Numbered from the stretch's first letter, positions 1 to 10,669 are shown. The stretch is 64,000 nt of DNA from Candidatus Eiseniibacteriota bacterium (GCA_963792585.1 CAWBWI010000001.1:480001-544000); one strand, 5' to 3'. Notes: generated from the sequence alone by a model not told the origin. A program made the numbers and translations.

Positions 1-744
1 GCCGGCATCGCACGGATCCAGAAGAACGTGATCAACATCAATCATACGCAGTGGCTTGCCGACGTGAAGTTCACCCAGGCGGCCTATCTATTCCACATCG
101 GGTTCCTGCCGGGGACCTTCGCGGTCAATGCGCGGAGCCTCTACATGGACTCCCAGCCGGTCCGGACCGTATTCCGGCCCGACGGGGAAGGAAAGACCTT
201 CGACGCGGGCGACGTCGCCTTCGGCGTGAGCTACGGTCGGTCGTTGACGGACAAGTTCTCCGCGGGAATCTCGGCCAACTATGTGCAGTCGACGCTCGCG
301 ACCTACTCGTCGAACGCGACGACGTTCGACTTCGGAACCCTGTACGACACCGGCTACCGTTCCTTGAAGATCGGCATGGCGATCCAGAATCTCGGAAGCG
401 ACATGAAGTTCATCGAGGATACGGCGAAGATGCCCACGGTGTTCCGGGTGGGGATGTCGATGAACCTGTACGAGGATGCGAGCAATCGGTTCCTCTCTTC
501 CGCGGAGTTCAGCCATCCGCCCGACAACAACGAGCGTGCGAACCTCGGTATGGAGTACGGCTTCAAGGAGTTCTTCTTCGTGCGGGGCGGTTACCTGTAC
601 AAGTACGATCTCGAGCGGTTCTCGGCCGGTGTCGGTTTCAAGATCCCCTCGAGCCTGAATTCCGAGGCGACCGTCGACTATTCGTACACGGACATGAGCG
701 CCCTGGGTGGGGTGCATCGCGTCTCCATCGACTTCCGCTTCTAG
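1..744 (+). CDS. PorV/PorQ-family outer-membrane beta-barrel protein (5'-truncated by window edge)
   Basis: HTQWLAD, FDFGTLYDTG, IGMAIQNLG, RGGY motifs; alternating beta strands; C-terminal HRVSIDFRF. Confidence 0.8.
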   Translation, partial: AGIARIQKNVININHTQWLADVKFTQAAYLFHIGFLPGTFAVNARSLYMDSQPVRTVFRPDGEGKTFDAGDVAFGVSYGRSLTDKFSAGISANYVQSTLATYSSNATTFDFGTLYDTGYRSLKIGMAIQNLGSDMKFIEDTAKMPTVFRVGMSMNLYEDASNRFLSSAEFSHPPDNNERANLGMEYGFKEFFFVRGGYLYKYDLERFSAGVGFKIPSSLNSEATVDYSYTDMSALGGVHRVSIDFRF

Positions 745-753
745 TGCATCATT

Positions 754-780
754 CGGGGCCCCCGCCCAGCGGGGGCCCCG
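754..780 (+). terminator. 12-bp GC stem-loop between the PorV-like and GWxTD genes
   Basis: CGGGGCCCCCGC-CCA-GCGGGGGCCCCG perfect inverted repeat; only a weak U tract. Confidence 0.5.
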
Positions 781-789
781 GAGGTTTCC

Positions 790-2208
790 ATGTTCTCCTA
801 CTGGCCGGCCGTTCTGATCGCCGGGATCCTCCCCTTCGGAGGCGGCCCGGACGCGGGGTCGTTCCCCGCGTCGGCGCGCGGAGACATTCGTTTCGAGCTC
901 GATGCGGCCCGGTTTGCATCTCCTTCCGATTCCCCGCTGGAAATCTACCTATCCATCCCGCAGGCCGCTCTCACCCCGAGTCCCGATTCCTTGTCCACCG
1001 CGCGCATCTCACTCGAGGTCCGGTTCGAGAACGGACATGGGGACGAGATCGGACGCGCCCGAGACGAGATGCGGGTCCCGCTGACCCGAGACGTGGATGG
1101 CGATGTCGTTCTGGCCCCGAGGCCTCTTTTGACCCTGCGGCCCAAGGCGCCCGAGGGGACCCAGCAGGTTCTCGTGCGCATCGAGGATCTGTCGGGGATC
1201 AAAGGGGGAGTGCTCGATCGGATGCGCCACCGCAAGCCGTACGGGGAGGCGCGCGGTCGATTCGATGAGGCGAAGCCGCCGTGCAGCGCGTCCGACATCG
1301 TCTTCGCCTGGGATATCGATCGTTCCTCCGCCTCGTCCTCGCTCCGTCGACGGATCCAGCCGAATCCTCTGCGTTACTACGGCCTCTACCACACGACCTT
1401 GCTCCTCTACGCGGAGCGGTACGGTGTGGAAGGAGGAATCGACTATCGGATCCTCCGGGGCACCGACGGCCAACTCGTCGCCAGTGGGAGCGACACGGCC
1501 CGCGCGGACGCAGGGGGCGTCGCCGGGTATCTCCTGAGGACCGACATCTCGCGACTCGCCGCGGGGGCCTATCGAATCGAACTGCGGGCATCGGGCGACG
1601 ACACCTGCGCCGTCTCCGCGGCCTTCGAGGTTCTCTGGGATTCCGCTTCGTGGAATCAGGACCAGCAGGCCTTGCTCGAGCAGGCGTTCGTCCTGCTGGG
1701 CCCGGCCGAATACGAGCGGGTCCAGGACATGTCCCGGGGCGAGGTCGAAGCATATATGCGCGAGCTCTGGGGACGGCACGACCCGAACCCCTCCACGGGA
1801 ATGAACGAACTCGAGGAGACCTATCGGACGCGGGTGGAACATGCGAATCGCTTCTACGGGACGAGCTTCCGCAGAGGAATGCTCACGGACCGGGGGCGTG
1901 TCTACATCCGGTACGGGGCCCCCGACGAAATCACCAAGGAGTTGAATCCCCAGGACGAGGAGATGCTCGCAAAGATCCTCCCGGGGGAGGTCGCGACGGA
2001 CAGGGTCGATATTATCCGGAATCCGCAGCCTCGGAATGTGCGCGACGATAGCGCCTACGAAGTCTGGGCCTACCAGATCCGCGGGGAGCCGCTCTTCCCC
2101 GAGCAGGAAGCTCCGGTCCAGCGAACCGGGATCAAGTTCCTGTTCGTGGATGACATGGGATATGGCGACATGCGCCTCGTATATACAAACCTCTCGGGCG
2201 CGTTCTAG
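790..2208 (+). CDS. GWxTD domain-containing exported protein
   Basis: N-terminal hydrophobic signal; LWGRHDPNPSTGMNE...RVEHANRFY...GMLTDRGRVYIRYGAPD...YEVWAY. Confidence 0.85.
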   Translation: MFSYWPAVLIAGILPFGGGPDAGSFPASARGDIRFELDAARFASPSDSPLEIYLSIPQAALTPSPDSLSTARISLEVRFENGHGDEIGRARDEMRVPLTRDVDGDVVLAPRPLLTLRPKAPEGTQQVLVRIEDLSGIKGGVLDRMRHRKPYGEARGRFDEAKPPCSASDIVFAWDIDRSSASSSLRRRIQPNPLRYYGLYHTTLLLYAERYGVEGGIDYRILRGTDGQLVASGSDTARADAGGVAGYLLRTDISRLAAGAYRIELRASGDDTCAVSAAFEVLWDSASWNQDQQALLEQAFVLLGPAEYERVQDMSRGEVEAYMRELWGRHDPNPSTGMNELEETYRTRVEHANRFYGTSFRRGMLTDRGRVYIRYGAPDEITKELNPQDEEMLAKILPGEVATDRVDIIRNPQPRNVRDDSAYEVWAYQIRGEPLFPEQEAPVQRTGIKFLFVDDMGYGDMRLVYTNLSGAF

Positions 2209-2237
2209 GGACCGATGGGAGAATGGGGGGGAACAGG

Positions 2238-3437
2238 ATGCCCAAGCTGATCGTGAGCGATGTCGATGTCGCGGGTCGGAAGATTCTCGTTCGGGTCGAC
2301 TTCAACGTCCCGCTGCAGAACGGCAAGGTCACGGATGACACCCGCATCCGCGCCTCCCTCCCAACGATTCGGTACCTGATCGGCAAAGGTGCCCGCACCA
2401 TTCTTGCCTCGCACCTTGGCCGGCCCAAGAAGGGAGCCGATCCTGCGCTGAGCCTGAGGCCCGTCGCGCAGCGGCTCGCGGAGTTGCTCGGCAGCGACGT
2501 GGCCTTCGCCGACGATTGCGTGGGCGCGCCCGTGGCGGACGCGGTGTCGCGGCTCGCGCCCGGAGGCGTCCTTCTGCTCGAGAATCTCCGCTTCCATCCC
2601 GAGGAAGAGAAGAACGATGCCGACTTCGCGCGCCTCCTCGCCTCGCCCGCAGAGATCTATGTGAACGACGCGTTCGGGAGCGCGCACAGGGCGCACGCCT
2701 CGACCGAAGGAGTGACCCACTTCCTGCGTCCGTGTGCCGCCGGCTACCTGATGGAGAAGGAGTTGACCTATCTGGGGCATGCCCTCGAGTCCCCGAAGCG
2801 TCCCTTCATCGCGGTTCTCGGTGGATCGAAGATCTCCGGGAAGATCGATGTCATCGAGCAGCTTCTTCCGAAGGTCGACGCGCTCTTGATCGGGGGCGCG
2901 ATGATGTTCACCTTCCTCCGGGCGAAAGGTCTAGGTACGGGCGCCTCTCTGGTCGAGGAAGACCGGATCCCGGTCGCCGGCCGTCTCCTCGCGGACGCCC
3001 AGGCGAGGGGCCTCTCGCTGCAACTGCCGGTGGATTGCCGCATCGCGTCCTCGGTCGACGGCAGCGACCCCGGATCCATCGTGGACGTCGGCGCCATCCC
3101 CGACGGGAAGATCGGCGTCGACATCGGTCCGGCGACGGTGGCGGCCTATGCGGAGCTCCTCTCCGGGGCCGGGACGGTCCTCTGGAACGGCCCCATGGGC
3201 ATCTTCGAAGTTCCCGCGTACGCTCAGGGAACGCTGGCCATTGCGAAGGCGCTCGCCGTCGCGACCGGCAAGGGGGCGACCACGATCGTCGGGGGAGGCG
3301 ACTCGGCGGCGGCGATCGCGCAGGCGGGACTCGCAGACGCGGTGAGCCATGTCTCCACGGGGGGAGGCGCCTCGCTCGAGTTCCTCGAGGGGAAGGTGTT
3401 GCCCGGCGTGGCGGCCCTGACCGAGAAAGGGGCGTGA
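2238..3437 (+). CDS. pgk: phosphoglycerate kinase
   Basis: [42 protein letters not shown]. Confidence 0.98.
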   Translation: MPKLIVSDVDVAGRKILVRVDFNVPLQNGKVTDDTRIRASLPTIRYLIGKGARTILASHLGRPKKGADPALSLRPVAQRLAELLGSDVAFADDCVGAPVADAVSRLAPGGVLLLENLRFHPEEEKNDADFARLLASPAEIYVNDAFGSAHRAHASTEGVTHFLRPCAAGYLMEKELTYLGHALESPKRPFIAVLGGSKISGKIDVIEQLLPKVDALLIGGAMMFTFLRAKGLGTGASLVEEDRIPVAGRLLADAQARGLSLQLPVDCRIASSVDGSDPGSIVDVGAIPDGKIGVDIGPATVAAYAELLSGAGTVLWNGPMGIFEVPAYAQGTLAIAKALAVATGKGATTIVGGGDSAAAIAQAGLADAVSHVSTGGGASLEFLEGKVLPGVAALTEKGA

Positions 3438-3441
3438 TCTC

Positions 3442-4215
3442 GTGAGGAAGCGACTCGTCGCCGGGAACTGGAAGATGAACGGAACCCTCGGCGAAACGCG
3501 CCGCCTTCTGGAGGGGATCTCGAAGGACCTTGCCGATCTGCCGGAACGGACTGACCTGCTCGTCATTCCCCCCTTCACGGCTTTGGCCGAGGCAGGCCGG
3601 ATTCTCCGCGAACGCGCCCCGGCGATTGCGCTTGGAGCCCAGGACCTTCATGCGGAGGCAAAGGGAGCGTTCACGGGGGAGATCTCCGGAGGGATGTTGC
3701 GGGATCTCGGTTGCGCCTATGTCCTGGTCGGACACTCCGAGCGCCGCACGTACTTCGCCGAGAAGGGGGAGACCTTGCTGAAGAAGCTCGAGGCGGCGTT
3801 GCGCGACGGCCTGGTCCCGATCCTCTGCATCGGGGAGAACCTCCAGGAGCGGGAGTCCGAGAGGACGCACGCGGTGCTCGATGCCCAGCTCGAAGAGACT
3901 CTCTTTCGACTCGACGCCGAGGAGGCGGGCGGGGTGGTACTGGCCTACGAACCGGTCTGGGCGATCGGCACCGGCCGGACAGCCACGCCGGAGCAGGCAG
4001 AGGAGGCGCACGCCCACCTGCGGGGCAGGGTCCAGACGAAGCTCGGGAGGGGCGCCGCCCAGGCCGTCCGAATCCTCTATGGGGGGAGCGTGACCGCGGC
4101 CAACGCAGCGTCCCTGATGGCCCGTCCGGGGGTCGACGGAGCCCTCGTGGGGGGGGCCAGCCTCAAGGCGGAGGATTTCTTGGCGATTGCACGCGGGGCC
4201 GCGTTGGGGTCTTGA
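3442..4215 (+). CDS. tpiA: triosephosphate isomerase
   Basis: [29 protein letters not shown]. Confidence 0.98.
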   Translation: MRKRLVAGNWKMNGTLGETRRLLEGISKDLADLPERTDLLVIPPFTALAEAGRILRERAPAIALGAQDLHAEAKGAFTGEISGGMLRDLGCAYVLVGHSERRTYFAEKGETLLKKLEAALRDGLVPILCIGENLQERESERTHAVLDAQLEETLFRLDAEEAGGVVLAYEPVWAIGTGRTATPEQAEEAHAHLRGRVQTKLGRGAAQAVRILYGGSVTAANAASLMARPGVDGALVGGASLKAEDFLAIARGAALGS

Positions 4216-4241
4216 CGAAGTGCGGCCCGGCTGGGTATCGT
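4212..4241 (+). promoter_or_regulatory. sigma70-type promoter for secG/tRNA-Leu
   Basis: TTGACG-N18-TATCGT. Confidence 0.55.
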
Positions 4242-4272
4242 CAGGCTTTGCCCAAATGACGAAAGGCGGAAC

Positions 4273-4647
4273 TTGATGCTGTACGCGATCATATTGATCT
4301 TGCACATCTTGGTCGCCATCTTGCTGATGGCGGTCGTCTTGATGCAGACGGGACGCGGCGGCGCCATGGGCTCGACGTTTGGAGGGGGAGGCGGCAACCA
4401 GACCCTCTTTGGCGGCCGGGGCGCGACGAGTTTTCTGACGAAGGCGACTTGGGTGCTCGGCGGCGGCTTCATGTTGACCAGCCTGATTCTCGCCCTCGCG
4501 ATCGGCCAGCGGCAGGGGACGACCGGGCCCCGGAGCTTGCTTCGCGAAAACCCGATCTCCATTCCGGCAGGCTCGGCTCCGGCGGCGCCGGGCGGAGCTC
4601 CCGCCACGGGCGGAGACGCTCCCGCAAGCCCCGTCCAGCCGCGATAG
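4273..4647 (+). CDS. secG: preprotein translocase subunit SecG
   Basis: Two TM helices, VLMQ...FGG...TLFG...FLTKATW; follows tpiA. Confidence 0.95.
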   Translation: MMLYAIILILHILVAILLMAVVLMQTGRGGAMGSTFGGGGGNQTLFGGRGATSFLTKATWVLGGGFMLTSLILALAIGQRQGTTGPRSLLRENPISIPAGSAPAAPGGAPATGGDAPASPVQPR

Positions 4648-4665
4648 TCGACGACCGATGTCCCC

Positions 4666-4747
<82 letters not shown>

Positions 4748-4751
4748 AGCC

Positions 4752-4779
4752 AAGGGCCTCCCGATCGAGGGAGGCCCTT
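4752..4779 (+). terminator. stem-loop after tRNA-Leu
   Basis: AAGGGCCTCCC-GATCGA-GGGAGGCCCTT 11-bp stem. Confidence 0.65.
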
Positions 4780-4801
4780 CGCTGAATCCCCGATGGAACG
4801 C

Positions 4802-4829
4802 TCAAGCCGGCCGTCCTGCGGGTCGATAA
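4802..4829 (+). promoter_or_regulatory. sigma28 (FliA/WhiG)-like promoter candidate
   Basis: TCAAG-N15-GTCGATAA directly upstream of the receiver gene. Confidence 0.45.
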
Positions 4830-4836
4830 TTCGTTC

Positions 4837-5256
4837 GTGGAACATGTATCGTCAATCGCCGGCCGAGGGGCGGCCGTCCACGTGCTGATCGTGGATGACA
4901 ATCCGGAGATACTCGAGATCCTCACGGAACTCCTCGAGGAATACGGTTACCGCGTGACCTGCTGCACCGGTGGGCTTTCCGCGCTGCTGACCATCGGCCG
5001 GGCTCGCCCGGATCTGGTGTTACTCGACCTGAAGCTTGGCGACATTTCGGGCTTCGACGTCTGCCGCGCGCTCCGCGCAGAGCCGGCCTTCGCGGACCTG
5101 CCGATCATCTTCGTCTCGGGAGTGTTTCTCGATGAAGAGATGATCCGCGCGCGGTTGGGGGATGAGAAGGCCCGGCTGCTGCTGAAGCCGATCCCAGGCG
5201 AGGTTCTCGTCTCGGAGATCGAGCGGGTGGTCGCCGAGCGTCGGAAGGCCGCCTAG
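4837..5256 (+). CDS. single-domain response regulator (receiver)
   Basis: VLIVDD, PDLVLLD, SG, KP receiver motifs; no output domain. Confidence 0.92.
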   Translation: MEHVSSIAGRGAAVHVLIVDDNPEILEILTELLEEYGYRVTCCTGGLSALLTIGRARPDLVLLDLKLGDISGFDVCRALRAEPAFADLPIIFVSGVFLDEEMIRARLGDEKARLLLKPIPGEVLVSEIERVVAERRKAA

Positions 5257-6401
5257 CCCTCTTCCTCTTTCGCTTCCTCCTCCTCTTCCTGCATCAGCTC
5301 CTGTTCGGTGGGAGGCACGTGCCGCTCGATCGCATCGACGGCAAGCGCATGCTCCTGTGCAGCGATGCGGAGACACCGGGCGGTCTCCTCCCGCCGGAGG
5401 CGCGCTTCGAGGCCCGCCGGCGCTTCCGCCAGAGAGAATCGATCGTCGTTCCCTTCCACAACGGGCGGCCAGAGCGCCAGGCCCTCGGAGAGCGCGTCGG
5501 CCTCCCGGTCGAGGTGGCCCGAGGCTTCTCCGGTATCGAAGGGCGCGCTCTGCATGCGAGCGAACGCGGCGGCCTCGCGTCGGCTCTGCGAAAGTTCCGC
5601 GAGCGTTCGGTGGAGGACGTGTCGGATCCCGATCATCATTCTCTCATCCGGATCATCGGGCAGAGAGAGCCGGTAAGCGACCTGCAGGCGGACCGCCGTC
5701 TCGTCTGCTCCGCGTGCCGGGCCAGGGCGGATCAGCGCGTCGATCCATGCCGCGTAGGCGGCGAGCCCCGAGCGGAAGCTCGCCCCAGCCTGCAGGCCCG
5801 GCGTGCGGGCCAGCCATACGGCCCGGCGAAGCGCGCGCTGAACGTTGACCTCGACGGGGCGGCGCAGGCGCGCGGACATCCGATCGAAGAGCCCCACGCA
5901 GGTTCCGCGCGCGTCGGAACCGGGCCAGGGTCCTTCGGCAATTTCGAAGGGCAAGGGCTCGGGCGCGTGCCGCGTGTAGACGAGTAGATCCCTGGCGGCC
6001 TCCCGCCGATCGCAACCGATGATGAGGACGTCCTCCGGTTCCCCCACAAATCCATAGGAGAGGATCGGATGACCTCGGCCGATCGATTGCACCACGAACT
6101 GGAAGGCGACGTGCCCCGGGGCGTTCCGGTACCAGAGCAGCCGCCACCCAAACGCCTCGGATGCGACCGCCAGCGGGTCGAACGCGCAGACCCGCAGGAC
6201 GTCGGGATCCCAGACCGACGGGGCGCGGGGATCGTCGCCGGAGTTGCGCCAGTAGGTCCGAAATGCGGCCCCCGACAGCGCCGAGAGCATCGTCGTGTCG
6301 GTCTCGACGCCGAGAATGCGCAGCGCGGCGCGCAGCATCTCCAGCGAGTTGCCCAGACCGTGGCGGAACGGGATGGGTTCGGGGGTGGGAAGGGCTCTCA
6401 C
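5253..6401 (-). CDS. hypothetical protein, possibly BtrH_N/C39-like fold, acidic C-terminus
   Basis: 382-aa ORF; ALSGAAF...SIGRGHPIL...PEDVLIIGCD pattern; tail EEEEEAKEEEG. Confidence 0.6.
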   Translation of the reverse strand: MRALPTPEPIPFRHGLGNSLEMLRAALRILGVETDTTMLSALSGAAFRTYWRNSGDDPRAPSVWDPDVLRVCAFDPLAVASEAFGWRLLWYRNAPGHVAFQFVVQSIGRGHPILSYGFVGEPEDVLIIGCDRREAARDLLVYTRHAPEPLPFEIAEGPWPGSDARGTCVGLFDRMSARLRRPVEVNVQRALRRAVWLARTPGLQAGASFRSGLAAYAAWIDALIRPGPARGADETAVRLQVAYRLSLPDDPDERMMIGIRHVLHRTLAELSQSRREAAAFARMQSAPFDTGEASGHLDREADALSEGLALWPPVVEGNDDRFSLAEAPAGLEARLRREETARCLRIAAQEHALAVDAIERHVPPTEQELMQEEEEEAKEEEG

Positions 6402-6478
6402 CGTCTGATAGCCTGACCTCTCGATTGTGGGTTCCTTCGAGTCGACCGCTACCGTCTGAAGCTAGGGAGGGGGGGATC

Positions 6479-7399
6479 GTGCGTCAAGACGGAGCGGAGC
6501 ATCCCGGACGATCGCTCGCGGACATCTCCCTGATCCTGGTCGCCGCCATCTGGGGGGCGACATTCCCCTTGGTGCAACACGCGATCGTGGGAGTGCCCGT
6601 CCTCGCCTTCCTCCTCCTGCGTTTCGCGGCCGCGATTCTGATCCTCGTCCCCTTGGCGGTTCGCCGCGGAGGCCTTCGGTTCTTCGCGGAGCCGCTCGGC
6701 GTGGCGCCGGGACTCTGCATGGCGGCGGGTTACTGGTTCCAGACCGAAGGTTTACGGAGCGTCTCGCCCTCGGTCTCGGCGTTCATCACCGGAACCTACG
6801 CCGTGCTCGTTCCAATCCTCGCCGGCGCGCTTGGGTGGGAGCGTACAAACCTCCGGAGGTGGATCTCGGTCGCGCTCGCCGTGCTGGGGATCTACCTGCT
6901 GCAGGGGAAACTGCCCGATCGCTGGACCCTCGCGGAAACCTGGACGGCGCTCTGCGCGCTCGCCTTTGCGATTCAGATCGTGCTGACCGGACGCGTCGCG
7001 CCCCGCCATCGGGATCCCCTCGCGCTCGGGGCGACGCAACTCGCCGTGGCAACGGTATGTTTCGCGGCGGCCGCCGCATTCCGGGGAGAGTTTCCCCAGC
7101 CCGCCGCCCTGTCCGGCGACGTCTGGTTCGCCGTCCTGTTTACGGGTTGGCTGGCGACGGCGGTCGCTTTCCTTACACAAGCGTGGGCGCAGGGGATCGT
7201 GCCGTCCGGCCACGTCGCGATCTGCTTCGCGAACGAGCCCCTCTTCGCGGCGGCGATCTCGATCATCTTCTTCGGGGACCGGCTCCCGCTCCTGGGTTGG
7301 GCGGGGGCTGCCGCCGTCATCACGGCGACCCTGCTCGTCACCCTCGAACCTAGCGGCGAAGCAGCCCGAAGATCCCGCGCGACGTCAACACCCTGTTGA
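6479..7399 (+). CDS. DMT/EamA-family transporter
   Basis: About 10 TM helices, IWGATFP, FQTEGL, AFITG, EPLFAA; G-rich SD before GTG 6479. Confidence 0.9.
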   Translation: MRQDGAEHPGRSLADISLILVAAIWGATFPLVQHAIVGVPVLAFLLLRFAAAILILVPLAVRRGGLRFFAEPLGVAPGLCMAAGYWFQTEGLRSVSPSVSAFITGTYAVLVPILAGALGWERTNLRRWISVALAVLGIYLLQGKLPDRWTLAETWTALCALAFAIQIVLTGRVAPRHRDPLALGATQLAVATVCFAAAAAFRGEFPQPAALSGDVWFAVLFTGWLATAVAFLTQAWAQGIVPSGHVAICFANEPLFAAAISIIFFGDRLPLLGWAGAAAVITATLLVTLEPSGEAARRSRATSTPC

Positions 7400-8102
7400 C
7401 GGCGGCGATCGAGTCGGTCAAGGGGATCTCCTTCGGGCAGACCCGGACGCAGTTCTGCGCGTTGCCGCACTCCTGGATTCCGCCGGCTCCTGAAACGGCC
7501 TCGAGGCGTTCGTCCTGATTCATCTTGCCCGTCGGGTGGAGCCCGAAGAGCCGGACCTGCGAAACCGCGGCGGGCCCGATGAAACCGTTCAGGGGATGGA
7601 CCTGCGGGCAGGCTTCGAGACAACAGCCGCAGGTCATGCACGTCGACAGCTTGTAGGCGATTTCCGCATCCTCGGGAGCACTGCGCGGACCGGGACCGAG
7701 ATCGTGCGAGCCGTCGATCGGAATCCAGGCGCGGACGCGCTGGAGCGCCTCGAACATCCGGCTCCGGTCGACCATCAGGTCGCGGACAATCGGGAAGGTG
7801 GCCATCGGCTCGAGCACGATCGGCTGTGTCAGCCCATCGACGAGCGCGGTGCACGACTGGCGCGGCTTGCCGTTGATGACCATGCTGCAGGCGCCGCAAA
7901 CCTCTTCGAGGCAGTTCGATTCCCAGGCGACGGGCGTCGTCGCGCGCCCGTCCCGCGTCATCGGGCGGTTGCGGATCTCCTGAAGGAGGACGATGACGTT
8001 CAGATTCGCTCGGTGGGGGATCACGAACTCCTCCCAGTAGGGCGAAGAGTCGGGGCGCGCCTGCCGCCGGATGCGTACGTGGACCAGTTTCTGATCTGCC
8101 AT
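7350..8102 (-). CDS. sdhB: succinate dehydrogenase iron-sulfur subunit
   Basis: CLEEVCGAC, CMTCGCCLEACP, CGNAQNCVRVCP. Confidence 0.97.
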   Translation of the reverse strand: MADQKLVHVRIRRQARPDSSPYWEEFVIPHRANLNVIVLLQEIRNRPMTRDGRATTPVAWESNCLEEVCGACSMVINGKPRQSCTALVDGLTQPIVLEPMATFPIVRDLMVDRSRMFEALQRVRAWIPIDGSHDLGPGPRSAPEDAEIAYKLSTCMTCGCCLEACPQVHPLNGFIGPAAVSQVRLFGLHPTGKMNQDERLEAVSGAGGIQECGNAQNCVRVCPKEIPLTDSIAAVNRVLTSRGIFGLLRR

Positions 8103-8110
8103 AGGATCGA

Positions 8111-9892
8111 TCACGCCTTCTTGTCGATGTCGTACTTGCGAGGCCGCGGAGGGATGAGGCTCACGTCGACCGCCTCGTAGCGGAGCACCGGGCCGGCCGG
8201 AGAATAGGCGGCCAACGTCGTCTTGAGCCAGTTCGTGTCGTCGCGATCGGGGAACTCCGGCTTGTAGTGGGCGCCGCGGCTCTCGTTTCGCGCCAGCGCG
8301 CCCGCGGCCATGACATGCGCGAGTTCGAGCATGTTCTCGAGGTTTCGCGCGAAGACGAGGACCTGATTCGCCCACGAACCGTGGTCGTTGATTCCGACCC
8401 GCCGAAAGCGGTCCTTCAACTCCGAGATCTTGCCCACGGTTCGCTCGAGCGATGCGTTCCTGCGAACGACGGTCACGTTTTCCGTCATCCACTCACCGAG
8501 TTCCGTATGGATCTGAAACGGATGCTCGGGGCCGTTGGACGTGAGAAGCTCTTCGTTGCGCTTCTCGTTGCTCCGCACCTGCTCGTCGAAGATGGCGGCC
8601 GGCGCTTCAGGCAACGGCTTGCTGCGGATGTGGCGAAGGATCCGATCGGCGGCCTTCAAACCGCCGTGGATACACGAGAGGAGCGAGTTCGCCCCGAGGC
8701 GGTTCGCACCATGATACTGGTACTCGCACTCTCCCGCGGCGAAAAGTCCCGGCACGTTCGTCATCTGGTCGTAGTCGACCCACAGCCCGCCCATGCTGTA
8801 GTGCATGCCGGGGAAGACCCGCATCGGAACGTGGCGCGGGTCCTCGCCCACGAACTTCTCGTAGATCTCGAGGATGCCGCCCAGCTTGCGGTCGAGTTCG
8901 CGCGCGGGGATGTGCGTGAGATCGAGGAAGACCTGGTTCTTGCCGTGGACCCCGAGCTTCATCTCGGTGCAGACCTTGAAGATCGCGCGCGTGGCGATGT
9001 CGCGGGGCACGAGGTTGCCGTAGGCCGGATACCATTCCTCGAGGAAATAGAATCGCTCCGGTTCGGAGATCGATCCAGGCGCCCTGCGGTCGTTCGGATC
9101 CTTCGGAACCCACACGCGACCGCCCTCGCCACGCGCCGACTCGCTCATGAGGCGGAGCTTGTCTTCGCCGGGGATCGCCGTCGGATGAACCTGGATGAAC
9201 TCGCCGTTGGCATAGAGCGCCCCCTGCCGGTAGGCGGCCGTGACCGCGCTGCCCGTGCAGTTCATCGAGTTCGTGCTCTTGCCGAAGATCGCCCCCGGTC
9301 CTCCCGTGCAGAGAAGGACCGAGTCGCCATGATACGCGCGCACCCCCATATCGTGGAGGTCCATCGCGACGAGTCCGCGGCAACGCCCTTCCGCATCGCG
9401 AACGAGTCCCAGGAACTCGTGGCGTTCGAGCTTGCGGACGCGTCCCTCCGCCTCCCAGCGGCGAACCTGCTCATCGAGCGCGTAGACGAGCTGCTGGCCC
9501 GTCGTCGCGCCGGCGAACGCGGTCCGATGGTGCTTCGTTCCGCCGAAGCGACGGAAATCGAGGAGGCCTTCCTGGGTGCGGCTGAAGGGCACCCCCATTC
9601 GATCGAGGAGGTAGATCACCCCGGGGGCCGCGTCGCACATCTCCTTGACCGGCGGTTGGTTTGCGAGGAAGTCGCCGCCGTAGACGGTGTCGTCGAAGTG
9701 TTCCCAGGGCGAATCGCCCTCGCCCTTCGTGTTGACCGCGCCGTTGATCCCTCCCTGCGCGCAGACCGAGTGGGATCGCTTCACGGGCACCGTGGAGAAG
9801 AGGGTCACGTCGGCGCCGAGTTCGGCGGCGCGCATGGTGGCCGCGAGGCCGGCAAGACCGCCCCCGACGACGAGGATCGATTCGCGCGCCAT
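8111..9892 (-). CDS. sdhA: succinate dehydrogenase flavoprotein subunit
   Basis: GGGLAG, RSHSVCAQGG, QVHPT, HYSMGG, HGANRLGANSL. Confidence 0.98.
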   Translation of the reverse strand: MARESILVVGGGLAGLAATMRAAELGADVTLFSTVPVKRSHSVCAQGGINGAVNTKGEGDSPWEHFDDTVYGGDFLANQPPVKEMCDAAPGVIYLLDRMGVPFSRTQEGLLDFRRFGGTKHHRTAFAGATTGQQLVYALDEQVRRWEAEGRVRKLERHEFLGLVRDAEGRCRGLVAMDLHDMGVRAYHGDSVLLCTGGPGAIFGKSTNSMNCTGSAVTAAYRQGALYANGEFIQVHPTAIPGEDKLRLMSESARGEGGRVWVPKDPNDRRAPGSISEPERFYFLEEWYPAYGNLVPRDIATRAIFKVCTEMKLGVHGKNQVFLDLTHIPARELDRKLGGILEIYEKFVGEDPRHVPMRVFPGMHYSMGGLWVDYDQMTNVPGLFAAGECEYQYHGANRLGANSLLSCIHGGLKAADRILRHIRSKPLPEAPAAIFDEQVRSNEKRNEELLTSNGPEHPFQIHTELGEWMTENVTVVRRNASLERTVGKISELKDRFRRVGINDHGSWANQVLVFARNLENMLELAHVMAAGALARNESRGAHYKPEFPDRDDTNWLKTTLAAYSPAGPVLRYEAVDVSLIPPRPRKYDIDKKA

Positions 9893-9894
9893 GG

Positions 9895-10569
9895 TTAGCG
9901 CACCATCCCGAGGACGTCTGCGCCGGTCTGATAGGGGGCGTTCGCGAGGAAGCCCTGGAGGGAACCGACCCCGATCGCGAACAGGGCGATCCCGGCGATT
10001 CCGAATGCGAGGGCCGAAACCCGTTGCGCGCGGGGGCCGACCGTAACCCCCCAGGTGATGCAGAAGCTCCACATCCCGTTGGCGAGGTGGAACACCGCGC
10101 AAAAGACGCCGACCAGGTAGGCTGCGAACCAGGCCGGGTTCGAGACGACTGCGTGGACGACGCGGAAGTTGAGTTCGGTCGCGGTCATCCTCGGATGGAT
10201 CGTCATCTGCCAGACGTGCACCGCCATGAAGGCGAAGACCGCAATTCCGGTCACGCGCTGCATCACGTACATCGCGTTGCGTCCGTAGGTGTAGCGCAGA
10301 GGCTCGGCCCGCCCGCGCAGCGTCACGTAGACGCCATATGCGCTGTGGTAGAGGATCGGTATGGCCAACACGAACACCTCGATCGCCAGAAGTACGGGCC
10401 GGGGAAGCGACTCGAAGCTGCTCACGACCCGGTTGAAGGCGTGGCCGCGATCCAACTGCGAGGAAAAATTCAGGACCAGGTGCTGGATCAGGTAATAGCC
10501 GATCGGGAGGACCCCGGTCAGGGAGTGCAGGCGTTTGAACAGGAACCCGCGGGACGGTGAGACACCCAT
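9895..10569 (-). CDS. sdhC: succinate dehydrogenase cytochrome b558 subunit (Bacillus type)
   Basis: RLHSLTG, QRVTG, FHLANGMWSFCITWG; five TM helices. Confidence 0.93.
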   Translation of the reverse strand: MGVSPSRGFLFKRLHSLTGVLPIGYYLIQHLVLNFSSQLDRGHAFNRVVSSFESLPRPVLLAIEVFVLAIPILYHSAYGVYVTLRGRAEPLRYTYGRNAMYVMQRVTGIAVFAFMAVHVWQMTIHPRMTATELNFRVVHAVVSNPAWFAAYLVGVFCAVFHLANGMWSFCITWGVTVGPRAQRVSALAFGIAGIALFAIGVGSLQGFLANAPYQTGADVLGMVR

Positions 10570-10639
10570 GAAACGGCCTCCGTGCGCGCAGGCCCCCGCG
10601 ACCTCCGAAGGCATCGAGCGCATCGAAACGTAACTGGCT

Positions 10640-10669
10640 TTCTTACCATGGTCGGCGCTGGTCTGTAAA
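10640..10669 (-). promoter_or_regulatory. possible sigma70 promoter for sdhCAB
   Basis: Minus-strand TTTACA-N18-TAAGAA with extended TG. Confidence 0.35.
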
